This document shows, one piece after another, positions 40,228 to 56,731 of a stretch of 64,000 nucleotides of DNA. Each line of letters opens with the position of its first letter. The stretch's first letter is position 1. The notes beneath the pieces were generated by a model that did no database searches, was not told where the DNA came from, and was given only the letters and a program-made list of their open reading frames with translations. The translations under genes were made by a program, and so were the position numbers. The stretch comes from the human T2T-CHM13v2.0 reference genome, Homo sapiens. The DNA lies in NCBI RefSeq assembly GCF_009914755.1, contig NC_060932.1. One strand, written 5' to 3'.

Positions 40228-41403
40228 GTCTATAAGATACAATGGAAAATTCCTAGTCTGGCACACAAAATTCCTCATGATCTGTCCAGTGTCTTAGTTA
40301 TTCTTCTCATTCCTCATGCACACATTAGACTCCAGCCATCCAAACAACAAGTCATTGTCTGAACCTTGTGTTCCTTCTTTCCTCTCTGGGACCATGGTGC
40401 TTCCTCAATCTGGAATGTCCATTACCTCTTTCAGTGGAAGAGCTTCTACTCCATCTTTTAGAGTGAAGCTTGGTTTAACTCTGGCCAGTAAGCTGCCCTG
40501 ATTTCCAAGTCTGACTATGTACCCTTCCCTGTGTTCTCATTGCATCCTGGGTGAACAGTAATTAGGGTGCTGTGTTATAATAATCTGTCTCCTGTAAACT
40601 AATTGAGAATGGGGACTTTGAACAACTACTCTGTATGTTCCCCTCTTAAGATTGTACTGTATCTGGCACGTGGTTAACACTTAGCAGGTGTTTACTGAGT
40701 AGGTGGATGGGTGGATGCCTGGGTGTCCAATACTTTCTATTAATGTTCATATATATCCAAGCTTTTTGGTAAAGAGTATAAGGTCCTCGAAGGCATTATT
40801 CCTGCCTGAGGCAGCCTTACATTCCTCACAGCCTGGAGCATCCTGCTTTCCATACAGTAGGACTTAAGACATGCAGTGTCCTTTTTTAAAAGAAAAAAAT
40901 AAATAAAGAATGAATGAATGATTCCATGTACTCAATTGAATCTTTGCAGTCTCTGTTCTTAAATTGTAAGGTAATGCAAAGCTATTTACATAAGAAAGTA
41001 AAGTTGAATTGGGTTGAGAATATGGAAATATTGTAATAAATTAGACATTAGGCAGGCAACCTGTGAACATTAGAAGAAATGCTTGTAACTAATGGATGAG
41101 GTTTTTCTTGATCTTGGTGAAGTTCCTGGTTTCTGGGTCATTGTTTTTACTTTAACTCCCAAGTTAAAAAGCATATGGTACTTTATATCTACTGATAATG
41201 AAAACTGTAGGAGCCATTTAAAAAAAATTGACAAGGCAAGAGAAGAAATGGAATCCAGCCTTTGAGAGGAGCACATCAGTTTCTGAGGCACTTTTCCAGT
41301 GAGCTTCTGTGCAGGAGGTCATTGAGAGGAGTCATTTGTGCTATCCACAGCCATGCCCACTACTATACTATTCAAGTGTATAGTAGGATTGTCCTCCCTG
41401 CAT

Positions 41404-41810
41404 AATTTTTTAATTTTTAATTTTTGTGAATACATAGTAGGTGTATATATTTATGGGGTACATGAGGTGTTTTGAGGCATGCAATGTGAAATAATCACAT
41501 CATGGAGAATGGGGTATCCATTCCCTCAAGCATTTATCCTTTGAGTTGCAAACAATCCAATTACACTCTTTTAGCTATTTTAAAATGTACAATCAAGTTA
41601 TTATTGACTATAGTCTGTTGGGCTATCAAATAATAAGTTTTATTTCTTTTTTCTATTTTTTTCTACCCATTAACCATCCCCACCTCCCTCCTAACCCCCC
41701 ACTACCCTTCCCAGCCTCTGGTAACCATCATTCTACTCTCTATGTCCATGAGTTCAATTGTTTTGATTTTTAGATTCTGCAAATAAGTGCAAACATGTGA
41801 TGTTTGTCTG
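41404..41810 (-). mobile_element. L1MA 3' end
   Basis: tacatagtaggtgtatatatttatggggtacatgag...cccttcccagcctctggtaaccatc. Confidence 0.88.
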
Positions 41811-41814
41811 GATA

Positions 41815-42134
41815 TTGATGTTACTTTTGACCAATGAAATATGAGCAGAGGTAATATGTGTCATTTCTGGGCAGAAGCTTTAAGACCATGATCAACCACA
41901 GTCTTTAAAATTTTTTCTCTCCTGTGTCACCATCATGAGTCAAGGAGCTCCTGATGAAGCCTTCTAACCAGGGTCCTTGAATCAGGATAAAATGTTATGA
42001 TATCCTGCTATCACACCCCCCTCCTGTAATAAAGTGTGAATGAAAAATAAACATAAAGTGTGAATGAAAAATAAATGTTTACTGTTTTAAGCACTGAGAT
42101 TTTAGGGATGTTTGTTACTATCCTGACTGGCACA
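41815..42134 (+). mobile_element. Old MLT1 (MaLR) LTR fragment
   Basis: gaccaatgaaatatgagcagaggt..tgtgtcatttctgggcagaagctttaaga; aagcactgagattttagggatgtttgttac. Confidence 0.7.
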
Positions 42135-44857
42135 ATCATGAGTCCCAATTGATGTTTTCCTTATTACACTGTTGTCACTGTAGTATGAGGGTTAATATCA
42201 CAGACTTTAGTGCTAGACAGCCAAGTTCTCATCTTGTTCCATCACTGACTGGCAACATGAACTTAGAGAAGTTATTTTATTTCCCTACAGATGCTTTAAT
42301 CTCTGCATCGATAAAATGTTAATAACGTTGTCAAGATTAAGTGAATAAACACATGCAGGGAGTTTATAACAGTGCCTGGCCTATAATAAGGACTAGTTGC
42401 TTGTCTACTATTTATGAAGGAATTGTAGCCTGAGAAAGTAAAATGATTTTCCCTATGGCCCAGAGCTGGTAAGTAGGATTCCAGGACTAAACTGGTACTG
42501 TTGTGTTTTTAAAACCCATACTCTTTGAACATGTGATCCTGGGCACATAGTTTAATCTGACCCTGAGTTTCCATAGTTGTAAAATAAGGCACTACCTGAT
42601 TGCTTCACACACAGAACTATTGTGAGCCCCGAAGGATATAATAATGGATGTTAAAGTGCTTTGCCAGCTAATGGTGAGAGACTACTAAACAGCACACGGC
42701 GCTAATGTCATTAGGCAATTAACATTATACAGAGAATGCACTGGAGCATCTTAATGAAAAGACATTTAGATGATTTTTATTTTCCTCTACAAAACAAGAA
42801 GCATAGCAAGAAGACTTCACATTTTTTTACTGCATAGCTTTTCTTTCTCTTTCATTTTGTGTCTGGGATTTGACTTAAAGATAAGAATGAAACTATATAA
42901 AAGTAATTAATAATTTACAGACATTGATACTCATTAGTAAGGCTACCCTGTGGTTGCAAAGAACCACAAACACACACAATGTATTTCAAGATCAGTTCTT
43001 GAGGGGAGGACCTCGGAGCATTCTTGAAGCTAAAATGGAGACAATTCTACTCCTAGCGACAAGTCTTGTTCAGTTCTTCCAGAGCAGAGCCCCAGGGATG
43101 TTTTGCTGTGCCTAATCAGTCACAAATTAAGAGAAAAGGACTATAGATGACATCTGCATCTTCTCTTTCTTCTCTAGACACTCGGATTCTGGAGGGCAGG
43201 GATGCCACCTTCCATTCCCACTTAGCTCAAAGCTCAGCACACAGACATAGTCAGTGCTGAAAGTTATTTATCAAGTTAATGGAGAAAGCTCAATGGCTTT
43301 CTGGGTTCACAGGCCTTTGGCTGTCCCAAGATGGATCTAAGAGTCCCAGAGAAACCACTGAGTTGCCTTAGGACCTCCTAGTTGGGGAGGGGATAACCCC
43401 CTAAACCTCCTCCTTTCAAACAGAGCAAATCTACTTTCTGTTCTTCATGGTGAGATTCCATTCAAAATTTCTTTTAAATAAAAAACACACGTAATTATCA
43501 TTATTATTTTTGCTCACCTCTGTCTAGCTGGGGACAAATCATGCAACAATTAACAAACCAAAGATTGACAACATTATTTCTTTTAACTGAACTATTAAGG
43601 AAGCATGTTATAATTATAAGGTAAAAAATGAGGGACCTTAGATTTTTTCTTTCAACTTAAATGCTTCAAAGGGTTCTTTTTAGACAATTAATCCATAGGA
43701 GTTGCTAGAGGAATGACAGGACGCATAATTCAGTAGCAATCATTGATCTATACATTAGACAGGAATCCCAATGCTGTAGGGGCTAGAGCAAATTACACAT
43801 ATTTCCCCAGCAACACCACACAGGCATAGAACATGCATTAAAGCAGGCCCGGATCTGACATCACACTTCTCCATTTACTGCTTGTGGATGTCAGGCTAGT
43901 TGCTTTAGTCTCAGTGTCTCAGTCTTCCCAGGTGCAATGGGGAAGAGAATTGGTCCTCTGTAGAGGTGTTAGGGTGGTTCATAAAATAATGTATGTAAAA
44001 CACTTAGCCTGGTGGATACTGAACACTCAAAAATAGTACCTAGTACTAACTTTTGGAAGTAATACCATTTTTCAATTGCACAGATTGAATCAGACCAATA
44101 AAATGATGAATTGATCACTTTACCTACCCTTTTCTGCTAAAACTCTGCCTACATCAACTCTATTCACACAGACATAGCTTCAACCAACCCATCAGCGGCA
44201 CAGTTCTTAGGCATAAACTGGTCTAAACAGAGTGAACAATGGTTACAATTTAGGCAGAATTGATTGGGCCCCAGTCACCTGGAAAAAACGGTGCCCTTGA
44301 ACATTCCAGAACAAAGGAAAGGCAAGGGAGTTAGTTATGGAGGTCAACTACGTTCATTGCCCAGGGCGTTTTGTGCAGCTATGGAATCATCTTCATAACA
44401 AACCTGGGTATCACTACCAGAGCCAGTTTACAAGTGAGAGAACTGAGTCACGAGAGGTATATTGCTTTACGTCACACAGTTATTGATGGACTAGTTAGAA
44501 TTTCACCCCGGGTATATAAGCCTGAACCCATTGGTCCATTTCTACTTCCCTGCATGGCTTCTTTAAAGGGAAATACAAAAGGAAGTATGTGGACTACTGG
44601 GGTCTGAGCTGACTCAGCCCAATATATGGACACAGTCTCTACAGATTAATCTCCAAAGCCTCCCTTCTTATAGATCTGAGTTTGCTGAGGGTACTTCAGG
44701 AGTCATTGTGGGGTAGGGACTGCCATTGTGGTGGCCATGGAGCCCAACTTTTCCTTCAACCCTGATCCATTCTATTGCCTCTGCTGGACTTTAGTGTCAG
44801 CCTGCCGTATGAAACGTAGGGTCCATCTGCTTCTTAAAATGTTTGAAAGCCACCGTG

Positions 44858-45342
44858 TGTTGGGAGCAAGCCCCTCAATGTCTGGCCATAAACTGGCCCC
44901 AAAACTGGCCATAAATAAAATCTCTGCAGCAATGTAACATGTCCATAATGGCCATAACGCACAAGCTGGAAGATTGTGGGTTTACGGGAATGAGGGCAAG
45001 GAACACCTGGCCCACCCAGGGCGGAAACCGCTTAAAGGCATTCTTAAGCCACAAACAAAAGCATGAGCGATCTGTGCCTTAAGGGCGTGTTCCTGCTGCA
45101 ATTAATTCGGCCCATCCCTTCGTTTCCCTCAAGGGATACTTTTAGTTAATTTAATATCTATAGAAACAATGCTAATGATTGCTGTTAATAAATATGTGGG
45201 TAAATCTCTGTTCGGGGCTCTCAGCTCTGAAGGCTGTGAGACTCCTGATTTCCCACTTCACACCTCTATATTTCTGTGTGTGTGTCTTTAATTCCTCTAG
45301 CACCACTGGGTTAAGGTCTCCCCGACCGAGCTGGTCTTGGCA
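44858..45342 (+). mobile_element. MER9 (HERV-K HML-3) solo LTR
   Basis: TGTTGGGAGCAAGCCCC..CTGGCCATAAACTGGCCCCAAAACTGGCC start; ...GAGCTGGTCTTGGCA end; TSD CC(G/A)TG. Confidence 0.9.
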
Positions 45343-46118
45343 CCATGCTTACCCTGACATGAAAGTTGTGATTTCACAAAGTGCTTCCCAATTCATGTTC
45401 TCATTTTGATAGCCACAGTGACTCTGAAAGGTAGATGCCTATCAATATTATAAATTTTGATTTTATAGATGAGCAAACTGAGGCTCTGAGAGGATTAAGA
45501 TGCGGTTATTACCTCTCCTGTGCTAGGCCTTTTACCTTAATAACCTCATTTCATCCTCATTTCCACCACAGGCTACATATACAGCTCATCCATTTATTCT
45601 TTCAACAAGTGTCTGTTGAAGAACTCTAAAGATATAAGCAGTGACCCAAACAGACAAATCAAGTTCTGCATTCATGGAGCTTACATCAATGTGGTTTATT
45701 CCCATTTTACAACCAAGGAAGCTGGAGCCCAGAGAGGTTAAGTCACACGGGTGTTAGGTAATGCCAGACTCCAAGCTGAATGGTGTTTGGATACTTTGCT
45801 GCTGCTTGCACTCCCTTCCAGTGGAAAGGTAATGGGGAAGACCTAACTGCACTCACATTCAAAAGCAGGGTGGATCTAGGGAGAGAAAAGTGAGAGCAAT
45901 GGTGTTCTTGAAGATGAAAGCGTTGCTGACCCTTCCTGCCCTGGTGCCCCGGAATCTTAGAAGAACAATAGAGACCAAGTCAGGACAGCAGCTGTGCGCC
46001 AAGTCAGCATTTCCTTGTTGATCCCGCTCAGGGGAGTTCTGAAGTTCTGAATTCTGGATTTTTTAGGACAATTTATTTCCTGAAATGGCCCTAACTCAGG
46101 GGTGAGGGAGGCACAGGG

Positions 46119-46152
<34 letters not shown>

Positions 46153-46486
46153 GGGGGTGAAACCATTGGTGCTTCTTTTATTCCCGTTAATTTCCTCTCC
46201 TTCCTTCAAGATGCCCCTTATTGTATAGTGCATTTCCTTTTCCAACGTGCCCTCTGTCCTACCTGCCTGGAAGCACTCAGCATTCCCTAGCAGCCCACAT
46301 CTGGCCCTGTAGCCTGGCCTGCTGCAGTGCTTCACTGCCTGGATTCAAAACCCCAAACATTCTGGGTTGGGGACATCGTTTCTTTTAAATACAACTGGAA
46401 TGTTTTTTGGAGTTATTACAATTTTCAAGATACATAGGGTAATACTCAGGGATAAATATTCTTATGATTCTCTGATTTTGTGTGGG

Positions 46487-46833
46487 TCTTAATCAACTCA
46501 GGCTGCCATAACAAAATTTATAGACTGGATGGCATAAACAAGAGGAATGTATTTCTCACAATTCTGGAGGCTGGGAAGTCTGAGATTACGGTGCTAGCAG
46601 GATCAGGTTCTGGTGAGGGCCCTCTTCCTGGCTTGCAGATGGCTGCCTTCCTACTGTGCCCCTACAAGGTGGAGAGAGAGAGCCAGCAAGCTCTCTGGGG
46701 TCTCTTCTAATAAGGGCACTAAGCCTCATTTAAACCTAATTAGATCCCAAAAGCCTCATCTCCAGATACTGTTATATTTGTGGTTAGGGCTTCAACACAG
46801 GAATTTGAGGGGGATAAAATTCAGCCCATAGCA
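46487..46833 (-). mobile_element. MLT1A-like LTR
   Basis: ggctgccataacaaaa..tttctcacaattctggaggctgggaagtc..attcagcccatagca. Confidence 0.85.
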
Positions 46834-47138
46834 GTGTGATTTATTAAATGAGGGAGTAAAACCTATTTTTTTAAAAAAACTATATTATGAAATATATTTT
46901 AAGAGATTATTCCCATTTTAATTAATTTAAAAATTATTTGTTTTGTTTCTTGTCAGTAAAAATAAACAATGTTGGATAAAATTTTAGATGTCAACTTAGA
47001 ACTGTTTGAGGGATGTAGCTTTCAACATTATTTTAGAGAGTATGGAGCAAAGAGTTTGTAAATCACTGTTTTAAAAACCAGAATCAAACCCTTCCATTGG
47101 ACAACCTCTAATCCAGTGCTATAGAAATTGTGTATCCT

Positions 47139-47474
<336 letters not shown>

Positions 47475-48355
47475 TTAAACAGAGCTCTGTGGGACTGGTC
47501 AGTATCGCATGTCCAAACTGGGAGAGTCATTTAACCCGAAACTTCATCTACCCTTTTGCTGTTTTTTAACATGGCCCAGACACTTAACAGTTACAGGCTC
47601 ATGTGGAGAGTGTGGGGAGTCCTGGCCAAAGATTTTTGTGTGCATTATTTAACTCACACTCGCACACACACACACACACACCACACACATGATGTATGTT
47701 GTGATGGGCTATGGCCAGGCCAGCTGTAGGCACATAGATACAGTGAGAGCAAGAACATGGCTCTGTGTCAACAGGAATTTCATGTAAAGGGGTTGATCTC
47801 TGAGTGCCAATGTGGCCTCTCTCCTAGCCTGCAGAAGAGTGGGTGCAGAGCTTGAGGGTTGGGTGGGTAAATGTTTAACAACTGTCTCTTTGGGAAGAAA
47901 AGGTCCTGATTTGTGATGTCTGTCAACTTCTGTGGTGTCACTATTTTTGTCATGGATGAGTTCAAGCTTCCAACTTGAGGTCAACTGGCTTGTAAAATTC
48001 CTGCAAGTTTAACAGTTGGCTTTTGCAAACAGACAGGGGCTGACCTAGGCATATCACTTTTTAAGGCTTGTGACTGGGTAGTTTTCTCCTCCTAGGGGCA
48101 GCTGAGACCACTGCAATTCACTTCCCTCTGTATGGAACAGAGAGGGACACCACAGCCCAGCCCACTTCCTGTGCCCTTACTCCTCTGTGCTTTGTGTCTT
48201 GCTTGTTTCTGTTGTGGCAATGAGCTGAAGTCACTTCAACTATCCTCCAGTATTCAAACCTGGATTAGTCCTTATGGTGTGGCCTTCCACATTATTATCC
48301 CCATTTCCTCAGGAAGAAACTGAGATTCAGCATGTTTAAAATTCTTGGAAGCAGG

Positions 48356-48528
48356 GCCTGGTGCAGTGGCATTTGCCTATAATCCCGGCTACTTGGAAGG
48401 CTGAGGTGGGAAGATCCCCTGAGCCCAGGATTTCCAGGCTGCAGTGAGCTATGATTGCACCACTGTGCTTTAGCCTGGGTGACAGAACGAGACTCCGTTT
48501 CTTAAAAAAAAAAAAAAAAAAAAAAAAA
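48356..48528 (+). mobile_element. Free Alu monomer (FRAM-like) with long pure A tail
   Basis: Single right-arm-type monomer; degenerate TSD ATTCTT(G/A)GAAG(C/T)AG. Confidence 0.82.
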
Positions 48529-48879
48529 GATTCTTAGAAGTAGAATGTAAACCAAGTTCTCCTGAATTCTAAATCCTAAGCATTTCCTATTATATCACGT
48601 GGCCTCTTCCCAGAAGTGTCACTGGGTTAGAGTGAGAACTGTGTTACATGAAGACAGTAAGCAACAGACAAACAGTGTGCCAGGGACACTGTGAGGAGCC
48701 TTCCATTTAGAACCAAAAACACCGTGATCCAAGGATGCTAATGGAATATGGCTCCACCGCATGTGGGGCTCCTGGTATTTCAAAGGGAAAGACAGCTGTG
48801 GTCACACTAGACTCCCCTGCCCACAAACCTCTAAAGGCTCTGCCACTTATCCAATGAAGTGAAAGTGTTTTTACTATTA

Positions 48880-48917
48880 CTAAGTTGGTGCAAAAGTAAT
48901 TGCGGTTTTTGCCATTA
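48880..48917. mobile_element. Solo Hsmar1/MADE1 terminal inverted repeat
   Basis: TAAGTTGGTGCAAAAGTAATTGCGGTTTTTGCCATTA matches half of MADE1. Confidence 0.88.
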
Positions 48918-49005
48918 ATACATTTTGATAGTCACCCTGACTCATCTCCATATATTCTAACTCTGAGCTTTTGCAGATGTTATTGCCTAAGGGAGGGAGG
49001 AACAC

Positions 49006-49415
49006 TGTGATTTTTAATTTTATGTGTCAATTTGGTTAGGCCTTTGTATCCAGATATTTGGTCAAACACCAGGCTAGATGTTGCTGGGAAGGTGTTTTTT
49101 TAGGTGAGATGAACATTTAAATCAGTAGACTGAGTAAATCAGATTACCCTCCACAATGTGTGTGGGCTTTACACAGTTGAAGGCCTTAAGAGAAAAATTA
49201 CTGCTGTTCCCCAAGGAAGATGAAATTCTGAATCCAGCCTGCTTTTGGACTCAAGCTACAATATCAACTCTTCCCTGGATCTCCAGCCTGCTGGTCCACC
49301 CTGCAGATTTTAGACTTAACTAGCCTCCACAATTTTGTGAACCAATTTCTTAAAACAAATTTTTATAAGTAATACACACCCTGTTGGTTCTGTTTCTCCA
49401 GAGAACCCTAACACA
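49006..49415 (+). mobile_element. MLT2 (ERVL) solo LTR
   Basis: TGTGAT..TAATTTTATGTGTCAA start; GGTTCTGTTTCTC..GAGAACCCTAACACA end; TSD AACAC. Confidence 0.88.
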
Positions 49416-49768
49416 AACACCTTCCTGTCATCTCTACCTGTCAATACTTTTCCTTTTTGAAATAACATTTTCTTTTCTAGTTCTATTAGTTATACATGAT
49501 TATTCCCAAATATTAAAAAATATAGTAAAGAATAAAGAAGAAAATTAAAACTACTCAATTTCATCACAGAGCTTTATGTCCTTTCTTTTTATAAAAATAG
49601 ATGTATTAAGAAGTGGAGGTTCCCATTCCAGCAGGGGTAGCTAAAAATAAATAAAAAATTAAAAAAGCTGAAGTTGGTTTAAATATGTGTGCATGTGTGT
49701 ATGTGTGTATTCTACTATGTATACTTTAAATGCATGAGCATTTTTCATGCCATTGAATATTAATGTAA

Positions 49769-51188
<1,420 letters not shown>

Positions 51189-52574
51189 GATGAACATGAT
51201 TCAGAGCCTTTGCTATGTCACTTACAAGCTGTGTGTCATTGGTCAGAAGATGTTTTTATTCTATCAGAGCTTGAGTTTCATTTGGAAATTGTTCTTCACA
51301 GAGTTTTGGTATTTGTGAAGTAATTCAGGTAGATTATTTAGTATAGTGCCTGGCACATGGCAAACATTCTATCAATATTAGTTTATCAACAATTATTTCT
51401 AGATATATTCAATTTTCATTATTACAAATAATTTTGCTAAAAATAAAAATTTCTGTCCATGTACTGAACATCACTCTAATTGAAGCAGGCTTATGAGTGC
51501 TGAATTTAATGACATTTTGGAACAGAGTGAGACAAGGGATTTTTGGGGGAAATAAAGAAAGGGAAAGAGAGAGAGAGAAAGAGAGAAAAGAAAAGAGGGA
51601 GAAGAAGTGACGAAGGGAAGGAAGGAATAGACAGAAAAAAATAGAAAAAAATAAAATGTAACAAAGAGAGAAATAAAAAGGAAAGGAGGCTGGGAGGCAG
51701 GTTTAGGCATTCTTGCCTTCAGTAAAAACAATATAATTTCTGTTTTTCGTTTCTTGTCCTGCCATATTGCTTGGCAGGGTGACCCTGCCACAAGGATTAA
51801 GACCTTTACTCTGATTAACTGTTGGGGACAAACCAGTTACTACTTGGCATTCTGCTGTCATTCCTATGACTTTTTTAGCAATTGCACTGAAAAGACCAAG
51901 CTCTGCAATTTTCATTAAGATTAATCAAGAACAACTTTTGCAGATCATTAATAAACATTGCATATGACAGAGCCCAGTGTCAGCCCTGGCATCTTCTCAA
52001 CGATCAGGACTCCCCAAAACAGACATAGAATATGTGAAGAGAAGCCACCTGGAGCCACTTTTCAATCTATGTAATAGAATCTATTATATAAACCTATTTT
52101 AATTAATTTAATTTTATGAACAGACATGCATGAGATGACATTAAGTGTTTCATTGGAAATAAAATTACATTCAATCTCTTTTTTGCCATTCATCTAGCTA
52201 ATATCATGTTTCTAAAATTAAGTATTTTTGGTGGATTGAATTTACTATGAGGCTGTTTTGATTAGGGCTTATTATCTTGTTATTCTTAGATGTTTATTGA
52301 CTGACATTTTCCTCTTTCAATATCAGTTCTGCTAAAGTATTAGAAATGTACCAATGTATGTAGGATCTCCTAAACTATATGTTGATCCTTTGAGTATTGA
52401 TGGCAAATTTCAGGCATCAGTAGCAATTGCACAAATCTGGAGTTGGGAGGTGGGCTACCATGATGACTAAGATAGACGGCTTTGAAGTCAGATGATTCCA
52501 GAATTGGTCCCCTTGTGCTGCCACTGACTAGTCATGTGATCTAGGTGGAGGTAATTATACAACCTCTGTTAGCT

Positions 52575-53008
52575 TGTATGGCAGAGGCACCTGACAGCCA
52601 TAACTGAAGCATACCCTGAGGGTGACCCTATGGTCTAAGAAGAGCGTTAGTTTGGAGTTCCAAGCTAAGGAATCTGAGAGTGGCCAACATGGAGATCCAC
52701 TGCTTATCCATGAAGAACAGCCAAACCTCTGGCTCATTCCCCTGGCACACAGGCTGTAAGGGGACTGAGGCCCTTTGCTTTGGATGAAATGGGGGTTGCT
52801 AGGTAGAGAGCACTAAGTAAAAATGCTGTATAAACAGCATACTTTTTACAAATGGTAGTTGTCTTCTTGTGCAGGGTGCCACCACTAGACCACCCCATAT
52901 GTAATTTCCCCCTGTAAACCCTATGTCTTATTTGCTGTCTCTAGGTCTCATCTTCAGCCTGAGACACAGTACCATCCCTACTGGATGCAACAGGGGTCCA
53001 GCACTACA
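52575..53008 (+). mobile_element. ERVL solo LTR (LTR47-like) inserted in a MIR
   Basis: TGTATGGCAGAGGCACCTGACAGC..GCATACCCTGAG; end AGGGGTCCAGCACTACA; TSD (T/C)AGCT. Confidence 0.75.
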
Positions 53009-53286
53009 CAGCTCCAATTTTCTCATTGGTAAAGTAGGAGCCCACTTCCAGACCTTCCATTAGTTAGGACAAACCTGTCTAGCTATATTGTTTGTTGTTT
53101 GCATCCATTCTCATTGTTGCTCTAAACTAGTCTGATTTGTCCATGCTGCAGACATACTTAGTTCTTCAGTATTTGGCCTATCACCCCGCCTATCTTCTAG
53201 AATTTTTATGAGGACTTAATGAGCCAATACATGCAAGACATTTATCTCAGTATCTGGGATATAGTTAGTGTTTAAGAAACTCAAGC

Positions 53287-53614
<328 letters not shown>

Positions 53615-54490
53615 CTATCATTATTTTATGGGCATAGAATAGAAGCCATGGTAAAACAATAGGTTTCTGTAACTCAACTGCATCAAATTTTCCAGGACCC
53701 AAACTCAGCCTCCCTTGCAATATTCTATTAAAAATATTTCCATAGTGATAACATGCATGCTACCTATTTGAATTTTCCTATTTGAAATTGGGATCTTATT
53801 ATCCTCATTTTGCAGACGAGGCCATGGAGGCTATAAGTTAAGTCACCCACCCATCATTACAGACCTAATTACAGGAAGAGGCAGGAAACAGGGTAGGTCT
53901 GTTGCTGCCTGTCAAGGGCCCCCCAACCCATCCCACTCACTCAGCATATTTTCTATGTCACCTTACAGTACAATAGGCACTCTTTCAGGGAAGCTTTGTC
54001 ACAATCACATCCAGCAATGAATTATAATTTTAATAAAATGGAATCCTGACTGGAATTCTTGGAGTAGTCAATTGAAAATTAGTTTAATGTCATGATAAAT
54101 GTTTGGTTTAATTAAAATTTGTATGTCACATATTGTCTGTTGGGTGACTCTTGGAACTCAGCTTTGATGTGTTATCATCCCATCCTTTCTATTTCACAGC
54201 TGCTGCTCTATTTCAGATCCTTACTTCTCTCCCCTGGATTAGTATGAGAATATCCCCAAACCAGTTTCCTTCCCTTTGGCCTCTGCTCCTCCATTCCAGT
54301 GTCAAGGGGAGAGAGAGTTATCCCTCTCCACAGTCATCTTCCTGACATCCAGATCTGACCATGTCACTTCCCTACTTTAAGAGTCAGTGACTTTTCATTG
54401 CCTGAGGGATAAAGCCCCAGCGTATCGTACCCTAACCCTATTGTTTTAATTTAGAATTGTGGTAATCACCAAGGTCAGCTTCAATGCTTA

Positions 54491-54610
54491 ACACACACAC
54501 ATGCACATACATACAAACACATATAAACACACACATATATACCACACAGGTACATACATTTACACTCATACATACATATGTACACACATACACTAATGCA
54601 CACATACATG
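54491..54610. repeat. (CA/TA)-rich low-complexity tract
   Basis: Directly visible. Confidence 0.85.
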
Positions 54611-56274
54611 TGGCTTTTGCCATTCTTAACAGCTAGCATGACTCATTGTTCAAGCCTTTGTTTCCAGGAAAAAAAAAAAAACCTTTGGTTCTTGGTTTAA
54701 AAGGCTACTGTGCAAACAGCTCAGTAAAAGGCAAATGACAGGGAAAAAGGTTTCCCTCATACTCGTACTTTTGATTGACTTGACTCTTGCCCACTTTGCA
54801 TTTAAAAAATATTTTTTATTTTATTTTTTGTACATTGACAGGTAAAATTGTATATATTTGTTGCATACCACACGAAGATTTGAAACATATATACATTGTG
54901 GAATCTAGCTAATTAACACATGTATTACCTCACAGTTATCATTTTTATGGTGAGAACACATGACATCCAGTCTCTTACCATTTTTCAAGAATAAAATATA
55001 TTGTCAACTATAGTCACCAAGATGTATAATAGGTCTTTTGAATTTATTTCTCCTATCTAATTGAAATTTTGTATCTTTTGATTAACATCTCCTCAACCAC
55101 ACTCCAACCACCCCTAGACCCTGATAATCACCACCTCTACTTCTATGGGTTAGCTTCTATAGCTTCCACATAGGAGTGAGATCACGAGGTATTTATCTAC
55201 CTGTGCTTAGCTTATATTTTTTAACATAATGTCCACGTTCATCTATATTATTGAAAATGCCAGGATTTCCTTCTTTATGGTGTAATAGTATTCCATTACA
55301 TATATATATATATATATATACACACACCACATTTTTCTTTATCCATTTCATCCATTGATGGACATTCAGGTTGATTGCATATCTTGGCTATGGTAAATAA
55401 TGCTGCAATAAACATGGGAATGCAGATATTTCTTCAACATACAGATTTCATTTCCTTTGCATAACTACTCAGTAGTGGAATTATTAGACATATGGTAGTT
55501 CTATTTTTTAAGTTTCTGAAGAACTGCCACTGTTTTAAATAATGACTGTATTAATTTACATTTCCACCGGCAGTGTTCAAAGTTTCCTTTCCACCACCTC
55601 CTGGTCAATACTTGTTATCTCTTGACTTTTTGATAGCAGCTATTCTAATAGGTGTGAAGTGATATCTCATTGTGGTTTTTATTTGCATTTCCCTGATGAT
55701 TAGTGATGTTTAACTTTTTAAAAAATATACCTGTTGGCTTGTATACCTTCTTTTGAGAAATGTATATTCAGGTCCTTTGCCCATTTTAAAATCAGGTGAT
55801 TGATTTTCTTGCTATTGAGTTGTTGGAATTTCTTATATATTTTGGATTTTAACCTTTCATCAGAAGTATAGTTTACAAGTATTTTCTCCCATTCTGTAGT
55901 TTAGGTTCACTATCTTAATCGTTTCTTTCGTTATGCAGAAAGTTTTTAGTTTTTCAGATAGTTTGCTGTTAATATATAGAAATGCTACTTATTTTTGTAT
56001 GTGGATTTTATATCCTGCAACTTTACTAAATTTGTTTAATTCTAACCATTTTTTTTTTGGTGGAGTCTTTAGGGTTTTCTCTATATAAAATCATGTCATC
56101 TGCAAACAGAAACAATTTAACTTGTTCCTTTCCAATTTAGATGCCTTTTAATTCTTTCTCTTGTTTGACCGCTCTAGCTGGGACCTCCAGTACCTATATT
56201 GAATAGAAGTGGCAAGAGTGGACATCCCTGTCTTTTTTCAGATCTTAGAGGAAAAGATTGCAACTTTTTATTGT

Positions 56275-56731
<457 letters not shown>

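Noticed and set aside
42027-42075. 24-bp tandem duplication
   Set aside because: Ordinary slippage within an old LTR.
47655-47690. Other UG-sense tracts (here and 54491-54610) as cryptic-exon silencers
   Set aside because: No convincing adjacent acceptor/donor pair found by eye.
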